DNA of 64,000 nt from assembly GCA_051362555.1 (NCBI GenBank), contig CM120642.1, positions 25,048,001 through 25,112,000 on the forward strand, read 5' to 3'. The DNA is from Lingula anatina. Its lineage: Eukaryota > Animalia > Brachiopoda. Shown in pieces: positions 53,501 through 64,000 of the stretch. Position 1 is the stretch's first letter. Each line of letters begins with the position of its first letter. The position numbers and the translations under genes are program-made. A model generated the notes under the pieces. That model did not search any database and was not told where the DNA came from. It was given only the letters and a program-made list of their open reading frames with translations.

Positions 53501-55096
53501 AAACGGCATAATATCAGTGTAATAAAATGCAAGAGCGCCATTTAAAAAGTTATTGGTGAGGTTTCCAAATTAAATGCAAGCAATTTTATACCAATTTAAG
53601 CGTTTTAATTTCTTTGCAAAATACACTGCTACTGCTGTATTTCTCAGTACAAAAGAAATTCAAAATAATTGTCCAATGTTTTTCTTAGACATTATTCAAT
53701 ATTCACATATAATTACAGCCTACTTTGAAGTGAGAGTGATAACAAAATTTGTGATTTAAGACAATTGTTCTACTTTGTCATGATGAGTAAACTTGGTATA
53801 TTGATATCCCTTTGTAGTATTCAGTGAAGACAATGAAGTCTGGAACATGCAAATACGAATGTAATATTTGCAATTGGTCAACAGTGTTTTACTACATAAT
53901 TGTTTAAGAGTTAAAAAGGCAAGCTGCATCAATTTTGTTAAATTTCCAACCAAAAATTTAAAGAAAGGAGCAGTCTAAAGTTCTTTTATGGCTGATCGAG
54001 TGATCTATTCAGTTCATCCTTTGGCATGTCGAATTTATTTGAGTCGTATAAGAAACTAGTAGAAGTGGTTTACATGTGTTACTGTGAATCCGCACTCCAT
54101 CGATGCTCGGTTCGTATGTATCTTTAAAGATTATCTTATTAAAAGTGCAAATAATTCAAGTATTTTTCAAACTTGCAGTTCGTTTTGCTTTACAACACAT
54201 TTCTCTTTGGAATAAATTGTATTTTTATTTTGGACCCACCAGCCTTTGCTCCAATTTTCTATCACTTGCCATAACGCTATTATAATCTAGGAAAAATAAA
54301 AAATCATTAATTAAAAACTAATTTGAATGCTTGAGTGTGGGTTGTCCAGATTCTACCATCACTTCAAGAACCAACTTTCTGGTTGTGCAGGATTCAAAAT
54401 TGTATCAAGATGGAAAAGCAGTGGCAAGGAGAATCAGAAGGTGATAAATGTGGTCATTTTTGAAAACATTTGTTCAAGGCATTTATCTGCTTAAAAAGTA
54501 AAAACAAGTTTTGCTTGCCTTTAGATAAGTTCAACAAGAAGTAATTGATGTACTTTTAGGTTTAAAAAAAGTGTTTAAAACCTTAGTATATGCCCTGGCC
54601 CTTTAACAAAACATACAGGTACAGCAGAAACAAACAAATTGAAATTTGCTAATAACAAAACATTTATTCAAGAATCAATATAAATGCTGTGCCACACATA
54701 TGAAACTCAAACAGCATGTTATCTACATTGGTGATATACTAGTATAACATTCTGAACCAGAGTTCGTTTACTCAACAACTTCAGCTGAAACACTGCCACT
54801 ATAAGAAATGTCCAATGTATACCCCTGCAATATACAATTATTCTGTGTGCTCATTAAAAGGCCCTTTATTTCATTTAGAAACTAACACACTTCTTCTGTT
54901 GCTTCAAACAAAAACAAAAAATTGCTGTTTGCACTCAAATTATTTTTCTTTGAAAAGGAATAGAGACATACTACCCCTGTAGATGTGACCACTACATCAA
55001 AAAATAACCAACTGCTGCATGTTTTCCAAATAGATCTGAATGGCATCACTTGAAATTAACAGAAAGTCACTGCTGCATGTGGTTGACATATGAATG

Positions 55097-56668
55097 CTAT
55101 TTGGCCTTAGCTAGAGTTAGTATTTCTTGGAGGATCTGATCCTTTGTTTTACTGGCCAGTGACATACTTGATTCTTTACCAAATTCTGAAAAGAAAAGAT
55201 AAATGTATCAAATGATAAACTGAAGAATATATTTCAATCAAATGTAAATGCTGAAACAAATTGATGTGAAAGTGAATGATGCAGGGGCATGAAAGAATAT
55301 AGCCAAAGGCTACATCTCATATTTTTGGGAAAAATGTTATAGAATGAAACTTTAAAAAATTATACGAATAAATTTTAAAATTACTACTGATGTTGTTACT
55401 GATAGGAAATTTGACAAATGTGCCTGATGACACTGCACTGAAAGAATTGAAAGAATGTCCAATTGATGTCAAAAATCAGACTTATGATAAGTAATGTCCA
55501 TACCTCTAAAAGTGCAAAAGATTATAGATAGTTACAGGACAACTACGTTCAGAAAATAGTGGAGGCAATTTTAGACAGCTTGTTTCAAAATCTTGATTAA
55601 CCCCCTGAATGCGATACTTACCATATCTTGCATAAAGTACAGGTTGTACACCTTGGCACTCTCTTATTAAAATGGGAAACCTTGGGTTGGCCTGTTTTAA
55701 GGGCACATAATGATTTTCGATAAATTCCCTGAAAAATTAGTTACACATGAATATGAGACTTATCAGTTACAAGATATGATGTTATACATGAAATAAGAGA
55801 TAAATGTTCTTTGTTTAAAATATATCTGTAAATAATGTATTTCAATTACAAGTTCTTTCTTCATGAATAGTTATCATGGTGTAGTAACAGATACTAGTAG
55901 TACAAGCATGTAACCATCTACTAAGGTATGATCTACATCACATCATACTAGTACACATTAATGATAAGTGGCAAATGTTAAGGATGGTTTGCCTTCTAGA
56001 AAATTTAGTAACAGGCTGATTTGTAGCACTGGATTCATGCATTAGCACTCCTCTTGTCGATTTTTTAAAATTTACACTGTGCTGACATATCAATATCGTC
56101 AAAAGAAATGATAATCATAATGCATGAATTTCGTGCAAGCCGGTTTGTTGTGGATGTTTCATTGGCCTTTACAAGATGCTGAAGCCTGTGCTTCAGAAAT
56201 TCACTGACTGCTGATGGTGGGCTATGATAATGATAATCCAAAAATGCGTAAAAGAGATGTTAAAATGTCTTTTAACTATTTTTAAGTTATTGCTCTGTGC
56301 AATAAAGTACATATGCATATCACTCATGAGAGCACAATTTTTGTGAAAAGAATACACCTCCGTTTTAATGTTTTGCTTAGATTTCCTGGGGAATCTCAAG
56401 TTAGGCAGAGCTAGCATCCACGTCTAAGACGAACAAGGTGACAACGTGCATTGCCATTATATTTAGCTCAAATTTTGCGAACGAAGCCGAGATAAACACT
56501 CAGAATTTATAAGTAAAAAAAACAGTAACAACTTGACATTTCTATATTTACAATAAAAAACATACGTATGTCTTACCTAACACCCTGACTTTGTGGCGAT
56601 TTTTGACAGAGATGGATTCGAAGCTCTTTTAAATGGTTACCAAATTTTGCTATCTTTCCGGCAGCCAT
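55097..56668 (-). CDS. NDUFA2: NADH dehydrogenase (ubiquinone) 1 alpha subcomplex subunit 2
   Basis: Exons 56668-56577 ([24 protein letters not shown]), 55728-55622 ([35 protein letters not shown]), 55185-55097 ([15 protein letters not shown]). Confidence 0.96.
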
Positions 56669-57505
56669 TACGCTAGCTTGATGAATAGATTTGCCCGTTG
56701 GGTGGCAAACAATGCAAGACAAGACTCTTATATCATTAAAATAATAAATAAACGCCATAGAATATTCTACTTTACAACAAAATCATTTTATTTACATACA
56801 TTTTTAATTGTGAAAATTATTATTAAGTCAAGATCAATATATATTACATACGATTGTTAACAGTGTTGAGCTTTTCCCTGTTAAAACACCTGTAGCCCTC
56901 TATCTGTAGAGCATTACAACCCATGAAAACTAACTGAAAAAGAAACACAGTCTTCGCAAAGCCATTTAAAGTCGTTTGGGCAGAAAAAAAATATTGATCA
57001 ATTTATTTTTAAACATAAGTCCGAGCTGAGGCAAGAAATATTATGCAAGCCCGAAAGTGAGCTGGGTGAGTTAACAAATACAATATTTCGAATTACATTT
57101 TAAAACAATTTGCTTAATGGCATTACTCAGCCTTTAGTATTTATACATATACGTAAACTTCTCTATTAAAATTTGTGTAGCTATGATGGATTTAGTTAAA
57201 CATATGCCACAGTAATGTTGTATAGCAGTAGAATACTGAAATTAACTTAAATGCAAGTTAGCAGCATTCGTCTTTGTTCGCTTTGTCTGATCCTCGATCT
57301 ATGCATTGTTCTATTTTTTATTAAAACCAAATTTGACGCAACACACACACACAAACATTTATCATAGTGCATTGTTTGATTATTCATGTATTCACAGTGA
57401 AGTCAGAAGTCCACAATTCGTTTGTTATTTTCTGCAGCATTTACTCATACAGTCGCAGTTCCAGCACTGTTGTCTACAACAAGACCCAGTTGAACAATTT
57501 TGAAG
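56669..57505. promoter_or_regulatory. Divergent promoter region NDUFA2/zinc-finger gene, with a probable non-coding leader exon (~57439-57505)
   Basis: Head-to-head genes ~1 kb apart; acceptor TTTTCTGCAG at 57438, donor AAG|GTAAC at 57506, acceptor TTTTCTTTCAG at 57683. Confidence 0.45.
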
Positions 57506-57698
57506 GTAACAGTTTGCATGCTTGCCTTATGCATTACGAGCATATAAGATAATTACCTTTTTGTTATGGCAATAGATATCAACACAAACACTTACATGTA
57601 AGATAATTCAGATATAGGTAATAGTCTAAAATAATATCATAACTTAATCTCATTCTATATATGTCATTTTGATTTTCTTTCAGTTCACTAGCTTCATA

Positions 57699-60596
57699 AT
57701 GGACTTTCCTGGGGCACCTGATAATGGATACACTGACAGCTCTCTGGGAGGCAACTGGACCAGCACACCAACAAAGTGTAAAGATATTTCTGCTCCAGTT
57801 CAAGATACACAAGATGTTGACTGTGACATGGGAACTAATCAGATGTTGATGCATGTTGCAGTGTCAACAGCAGTGATTCCTGAGGATACACAGACAACCA
57901 GTGGTGCCCAGCGACCTGCTGAACCATGTGGCACCACTTACCTAACAAACACACAGACAACCAGTGGTGTCCAGCAACCTGCTGAACCGTGGGCCACCAC
58001 TTACCTAACAAATACACATGCAACCAATAGTGACATGAAAAATGCTGAAATGTGTGGAAACACTTATGAAACAAATGAGTTGTTGTCAAAGATTAAGCAA
58101 GAATTCCCCTTGGAATGTGATTTCATGAATGTGCCAAATGACAATCTTGAAAGTTATAAATTTTTAGAAGAAAATCATGTAAAAGAAGAAAACCATGTGT
58201 TCAATTTGATGTTGACCGAGGCTTTAAGTTCTTTTCAGTTGGGACTGGATGACTCTTTAGAAGTTCACGATGAGGTGCTAGAAACAAAAGATGTACAGCC
58301 AAAAAGAGAGCAATTCAATTGTAAACACTGTGACAAATCCTACAATTCCCAAATAAGTAGAGATTCTCATGAGAAAAGGCATCCATCAACAAAAAGAGAC
58401 AAAAAGAAGAAAAGAGCATCTTTCAAGAGAGCAAACGTTCAACTTCTTGCACCAAAATTTTCAGACAGCAGACAAAGCACACATACTATTCCAAGGAGTC
58501 ATAAAAGCAAAAATGAATTTGTAGACAAGCAAAAAAATGGTAAAATTAGAAAAATTCAAAAGAAAAAAAATGACCCCAAAATTTGTAAAAGAAAAAGCAG
58601 TCCAGTTGACCCGCAGAGAAACAAACAGGACAAGGTGCATACTTCTACTGAAACTAAAATTCAAGTGACTTGCAACAAATGTGGGAAATCATTTGCAAGT
58701 CAGCGCTATTTAAAGATACATGACCGCTGGCACACTGGAAAAGATCTCAAAAAGTGTGAGCACTGTGGAAAGACCTTCGTATCCAACTCACATCTCAATG
58801 AACACATTGGTACAGTTCACTCTGACATCAAAAGCAGTGGAAATGATAATGGTATAAATCAAGTGAAAAAGATAAGGTGTAAAATTTGTGAAAAAAGATT
58901 TAGAAGTGAAAGTGACCTGCAGGGACACCTACAGAGTGGAGTGCATTCTGCCACGGAGATTACCAGTGGAGTGGCTTGCGAGGATTGTGGAAAAACATTC
59001 GCAAGTCTGAGGTCCTTAGAAACGCACAAACGAAGGCACACTGGAGAAAATCTCCACACGTGTGAGCAGTGTGGAAAGGTATTTGCCTCCAAGTCTCAGA
59101 TCAATGCGCACATTAGTAAAGTTCACAACAATTTCGAACCCCCTTGCATATGTAGCATCTGTGGCAAGACCTTCGGGCAGAAGTACATGAAGGAGCACAT
59201 GACGAGGATCCATGGAAGTGAGGGTGCCCAGAAGTTTGAGTGTTATCTTTGTGGGAAGGCTTTCTCTAAGAAATATCTAAATGAACATATGAGACAAGTG
59301 CATGGAAACCAACAATATGTAAAAAATGTTATGTGCACTTACTGTGGCAAGATGATAAGTCAGAAATACGTTAAAACTCATGAGAAATTACATACTGGGG
59401 AAAATCTGCTGAAGTGTGAACAGTGCGAGAAAACATTTGCTAAAACTTCCCATCTCAAATCACACATGGAAACCCATACGCCAGGATTTCACGTGTGCGA
59501 GATGTGTGGGAAGCAGTGCACCACAGGCTCAAACTTGAAGCGTCACATGAGGCAGCATAATGATCCGGAGTCGTACACTTGTAAGCACTGTGGTAAGGTT
59601 TGCTCAGATAAAGCTTACCTTCGTTGTCACGAGAAGATACACACGGGGGAAGGATTGTTTCACTGCGACGTCTGCAACAAGACCTTTGTCCGTTTATCAC
59701 ATCTACGCGATCACCAGCAATCTCACAACACTGCTGCTGTTTTAACCTGCAAGTATTGTAGCAAGGTCTTTAAAGGGCAAATTGCATTGAGAAAGCATGA
59801 AATATGCCACACCAGAGAGAGGACTTTCCCATGTTTGGTATGTGGAAAGTTGTTCTTTACTGCATCCCTGTGTAGAAGTCATGAACGTAGCACACATTTT
59901 GCTGAAAAAGATTTCATGTGTAGTTACTGTGGAATGAAGTTTTCAGCTAAAGGGAGGCTACGGGATCATGAAAGGATTCACACCGGAGAAAAACCATTCC
60001 CCTGTAATTTTTGTGAGAAGACCTTCAGGTTGAAAAGAAATTGTAAGCTCCATGAAATGATGCACAATGGAATAAGAAAACACTTCTGCCAGTTTTGCAG
60101 CAAGGGTTTCTTCCTGAAGTCTCACTGTCGAAGACACGAACTACATTCTCACATGAATAGCATAGATAAGCCCTTCCATTGTCAGTACTGCCCAAAGTCA
60201 TTCACTCAACAACGAGGTGTTGATTTACACGAGCGTTTAATACATCCAAATGGACAGACTATTATTTACGACTGCAGTAAATGTGGGAAAGTATTAAAAA
60301 ATAAGTGTAGTCACAGGAAGCATATTCGCCACTGTCAAACGAAAGGGACGTATAAATGCAAATTCTGCGCAGAGAGTTTGAACACTAAGCTACAACTGGT
60401 CATCCACGAGAAGTTACACTCGGCACCGAAGCCACATGAATGCGAGGTTTGCCAGAGATGCTTCACGTACAAAGTTCACCTGCGTAACCACATGAAACTT
60501 CACAAAAGGGAGAAGGATGCCCTTCAGCTTCATACACAAACAGTATCAGAGCTATGTCTTTCAGACGCATCCCTTGAAGTTGTTCAAACTTCATAG
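57699..60596 (+). CDS. Multi-C2H2 zinc-finger protein (~22 fingers), single coding exon
   Basis: Long ORF, first ATG at 57699 after the acceptor at 57683; 22 CxxC..H..H/C motifs counted, TGEKP-like linkers, acidic N-terminus, basic NLS-like patches. Confidence 0.93.
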   Translation: MDFPGAPDNGYTDSSLGGNWTSTPTKCKDISAPVQDTQDVDCDMGTNQMLMHVAVSTAVIPEDTQTTSGAQRPAEPCGTTYLTNTQTTSGVQQPAEPWATTYLTNTHATNSDMKNAEMCGNTYETNELLSKIKQEFPLECDFMNVPNDNLESYKFLEENHVKEENHVFNLMLTEALSSFQLGLDDSLEVHDEVLETKDVQPKREQFNCKHCDKSYNSQISRDSHEKRHPSTKRDKKKKRASFKRANVQLLAPKFSDSRQSTHTIPRSHKSKNEFVDKQKNGKIRKIQKKKNDPKICKRKSSPVDPQRNKQDKVHTSTETKIQVTCNKCGKSFASQRYLKIHDRWHTGKDLKKCEHCGKTFVSNSHLNEHIGTVHSDIKSSGNDNGINQVKKIRCKICEKRFRSESDLQGHLQSGVHSATEITSGVACEDCGKTFASLRSLETHKRRHTGENLHTCEQCGKVFASKSQINAHISKVHNNFEPPCICSICGKTFGQKYMKEHMTRIHGSEGAQKFECYLCGKAFSKKYLNEHMRQVHGNQQYVKNVMCTYCGKMISQKYVKTHEKLHTGENLLKCEQCEKTFAKTSHLKSHMETHTPGFHVCEMCGKQCTTGSNLKRHMRQHNDPESYTCKHCGKVCSDKAYLRCHEKIHTGEGLFHCDVCNKTFVRLSHLRDHQQSHNTAAVLTCKYCSKVFKGQIALRKHEICHTRERTFPCLVCGKLFFTASLCRSHERSTHFAEKDFMCSYCGMKFSAKGRLRDHERIHTGEKPFPCNFCEKTFRLKRNCKLHEMMHNGIRKHFCQFCSKGFFLKSHCRRHELHSHMNSIDKPFHCQYCPKSFTQQRGVDLHERLIHPNGQTIIYDCSKCGKVLKNKCSHRKHIRHCQTKGTYKCKFCAESLNTKLQLVIHEKLHSAPKPHECEVCQRCFTYKVHLRNHMKLHKREKDALQLHTQTVSELCLSDASLEVVQTS
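57888..58076 (+). repeat. 63-bp (21-aa) coding tandem repeat, 2 copies plus a degenerate third
   Basis: TQTTSGAQRPAEPCGTTYLTN / TQTTSGVQQPAEPWATTYLTN / THATNSDMKNAEMCGNTYETN. Confidence 0.85.
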
Positions 60597-62559
60597 TTGA
60601 AACACAGCTTAACTAGTTGAGCATCAGACTGTGTCCACCACACATGATTTAAGGAGAAAGTTTTTTAAAAAGAGGGCTTTGACAAAATTTACTTCTAATT
60701 TTTAACGTTACATCTACATGGATTACATGTACTACTTTTATTTAATTCCTTTTACAGTTACAGTTTAGATATGGAAATCGTTTATATATAGTCTTTTTAA
60801 GCATATTGAGATATGCAGAGGTAACAAATAAGATATTGCTGCATTCCTGGTCCCAGTCTTGGGACAAGTTACAAGTGGTGCTTTTTTATTTATTTATTAT
60901 TTTTTAAAACTGTTTTTAGAACACAAATTGGTGCTGTGTATCATAACGCATAATTATGTTTGATAGATAGATAGATGTTTAGTCTAGTGGATAGAGAAAA
61001 TATCTGGTTTATGAATTACAGTTTTCTACAAGGTTGTGTTTGATTAGTAATTAAAGAGTTAATGATATTGACTGTTGTGTGTACTGGTTAGCGAGAAAGG
61101 TTTTGAGATCACAGCCAAGAGTGAACCCAGCTGGTGATTGGTCTTTATCATGTAAGAAAAAAACTTACATGATAAAGTAGATCTGAAACCTTGAATTACT
61201 TTAAGAGAAGGAGATTATAGTTTTCTTGTTACTTATCTCTAATCCTTTTCTAAGTATTATTAATGTAGGAATTAAGTTTTGTATAGTAGACGTTTTAACA
61301 TTGTAGAGTGCATGCAAAGTTCTACATATTTTCATTTGTGTAAGGTAATATTTCAATTTATGTAGGTTTTCACTTTATTGATATATATTGTGTGTGTATG
61401 TGAAGTGGATAGCATTTTGTATAGGTAAACAGTGCTGGAAATGTGGGTAGACTGGACTTTTTACACTTCATTTAATTTAGTACGTAAACAGTTAGTAGCA
61501 TGCCCCTGATGTAACCTCTGTTTGGTGCTCAAATTTTAAAAGCCACTCCTCTCTCCTGCTATATCACTATAGTTATAGACATGGCTATTGGCAAAACTGG
61601 GAATGTCATCATTCCCTTGAATTTGGCAAAGTGACATGATTTTCAATTCCAATATTGAAAAAGAATAATGTTAATGACTCTATCTTTTCAACGGTCAAAA
61701 CTTATCAAACATTCAGATACATAATTTTTTAATCACAAAAACAATATTTCTGGATAACATTTGTGGTGCTTTTACTGTATTGAAAAGAATTATAGAGAAG
61801 CCCTCTTTATTTTGTTGTTACCACTCACAAGGAATGTTCTAATTTAAAGAAAAGATGGAGTAATTACCATATTTTGTGTACTATATTAAAGTAACAAGTT
61901 CTACATCATTAGTTTTGTATAGTAGTACATTGTAGTCTAGTTGGCAGGTACATGTATAAAAAGTATAAGATGCACACGGTGGCATTTGGTTTTGCATTAT
62001 GGACAGAATTTTGAGTCTAAGTTATATTTTACAAAAACCATAATACATATATAGTTTAAAATTGACAGGAATATCAATTCATGACTTCAAAAACAGAAAA
62101 ACATTGATTAGTTTTTGAGAAATTGATAACTGATCGCCATTATGGAGGAAAGAAAGGACAGTCAACTTGTAAACTGCTCTGTTAGTGAGTTTCAAACAGC
62201 AAAAATAGATTGGAATGATTATTTAATTAATCTAGTTTTTTTTCTTTAAATACAAAAGGTGATATTTGAAAAATATAAGTTTAAAATTCTGAAGTTTAAA
62301 AATGTCTGATTATGGTCAGAAAATGTGTCCACAGTGCAAAACTTATACATGGGCAATAAAAACAAGATGCCCTTTGTCACAACTCACCATTTCCATGGAA
62401 AATTAAATATCTCGCAGTGCACAAGTAATATGTAGTTGTCTTTAATATTGAATCAAATATATGTGGTATTTGTGTCCTGATCATATGAAATTTTCAAATG
62501 TAAAGAAATCAAAAGTTACCCTTTCTGAAAAAGAAGACTTCAGTGGTTATATGCATAAA

Positions 62560-63012
62560 TGAGTTCTTGATTTTAAAGAGCCTCTTGACGAAAATGAATA
62601 CGTTGGAATACGTTATGGACGGATTTTGATAACATTTTTGGAAATTATTGGGAGAAGATCAAATAAGAAACTATTACATTTTTGTTGTGATCCATTTAAC
62701 GATTAACTAGTTGATTAACAATCTCTCTTTGTCTCCTAGCAAAATTATGCAAAAAGATACAGATAATTATATAACAATGATAGAAGTTTAAAGATGGATC
62801 ACAAATGCCCTAGATTTTGGTGATGCTTAATTCTAATTAAAATCAATACTTTTGAGATTTGAGCTAATTGCATTGATAAATTAATAATGGAACTGAAAAT
62901 AATTAATTAGTCAATTCATATTTAATTAACATTAATGCCAATGGTGTAAATATTGGCCAGTTTAAATAACGAGAACTGAGCTGCCTTGGCAGAGGTCTGC
63001 GCTTTTCTAGGA
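62560..63012 (+). mobile_element. Decayed non-autonomous Helentron/DINE-like fragment
   Basis: 3' end CTGCCTTGGCAGAGGTCTGCGCT (short hairpin plus a tail typical of such elements) and internal TTTTG(T/G)TG..GATCC-type motifs; boundaries uncertain. Confidence 0.3.
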
Positions 63013-64000
63013 TATGATTTCGTTTCAATGAGTCCATATTAACTGCCATTTTGGGTATAATTTGATATAAATTATTTCGTTTAAGAAATGACATTTTACA
63101 CTGGCGGACTAATACCTGATATCTATGAAGGACAAGAAAGCTAAAATACCGGTACCTTATCCGATAATAACTCATAAAATTCAGTGGTAATAAACTCTGG
63201 ACATCAATTATTACAATCTCCGTACACATTGTAATCACTAACTGATTTTGGAACAATTTCACGTGCGAATGACAAAATACGTTTTTATTATTCCGGTTAT
63301 TAGAACTGGCTCTTAGAGTTTCTAACAACTGGCTTCCAACAACAGCCCAGTAAAACAAACGAAAAGGAAACGAAACTTTTCTCCGGTTTCCACGATACAG
63401 ATTGCGTACAGCAACACCACACTAAGACAGTTGGGCAGAGCAACATCACGATACCCTTGAGATATACCAGGGCCACAGTGATGTATATATATACAGATAG
63501 CCTGTTGATTGATTTTTCTCTGGCTAATTATCTTGTCAGGTTTTACGTACGTATGTAGGTCGTGCAATATACGCACGCGTGTTGCTTCTCTTTTAAGTCG
63601 GACATAACTTGTTTTAGAAGCATACAATGCAAAAAAAGTTTAGTGTTGATGAGTTGTACATCGGACATTTCAAGATGAGAATCAGTTTTATTGATTTGTT
63701 TACTGCAAAAAGAAAACATATTTATCATATTGAGCATGGACCCACGAAAGAATGATTAGTGTGTCCTAGAGTTGATAAGGCAAAAGTCGTTAAATTTATG
63801 CAAGTTTACTTTCAAATATTAATTAATGCGCGATATGCATTCTGCATATGAATAGAAAAAAGAGAAATCCTTTTCAAAGGCTGGTGCGAATATGTATTTT
63901 GTTTGAATGTGGCACATAAGTCTTGAATCCACACCGTCACTGCATCTGTCTTTCATTAAACCGTAGAAATCCTGAGTACTTAAAAATGCAAACAACTTGT

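Noticed and set aside
57835-59745. Several antisense and alternative-frame ORFs over the zinc-finger gene
   Set aside because: Expected shadows of a long coding exon.
62903-63737. ORFs 62903..63358, 63322..63627 and 63543..63737, and a CpG-richer patch
   Set aside because: No recognisable motifs and partly overlapping a repeat; may be a promoter of a gene outside the window, but this cannot be supported.

Overview
AT-rich, intron-rich animal genomic DNA, probably from a mollusc or other lophotrochozoan (inferred from gene structure and repeat types). Six conserved genes could be assembled by hand from GT-AG exons. (1) The 5' part of Vav (-), running off the left edge. (2) RABEPK (+). (3) A complete 22-exon COP1/RFWD2 (-). 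(4) XRCC2 (+), head-to-head with COP1. (5) NDUFA2 (-). (6) A 22-finger C2H2 zinc-finger gene (+), head-to-head with NDUFA2. Accessory DNA includes a 4.6-kb TTAA-flanked DNA transposon (Sola3-like) with ~700-bp TIRs just upstream of Vav, a Helentron/HINE-like element carrying a 7x146-bp array in a COP1 intron, several MITEs, a tRNA-derived SINE head, and mini- and microsatellites. Best leads: (a) an unrecognised 85-aa ORF ending in a CaaX box (CTIL), with a candidate TATA box and leader exon, 318 bp upstream of RABEPK and overlapped by a second ORF; (b) the transposon's two-tier inverted repeats, in which each arm carries a diverged copy of the transposase 5' end; (c) a nucleosome-length tandem array dense in perfect DR1 nuclear-receptor elements. 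All coordinates were read by eye and no database search was run.
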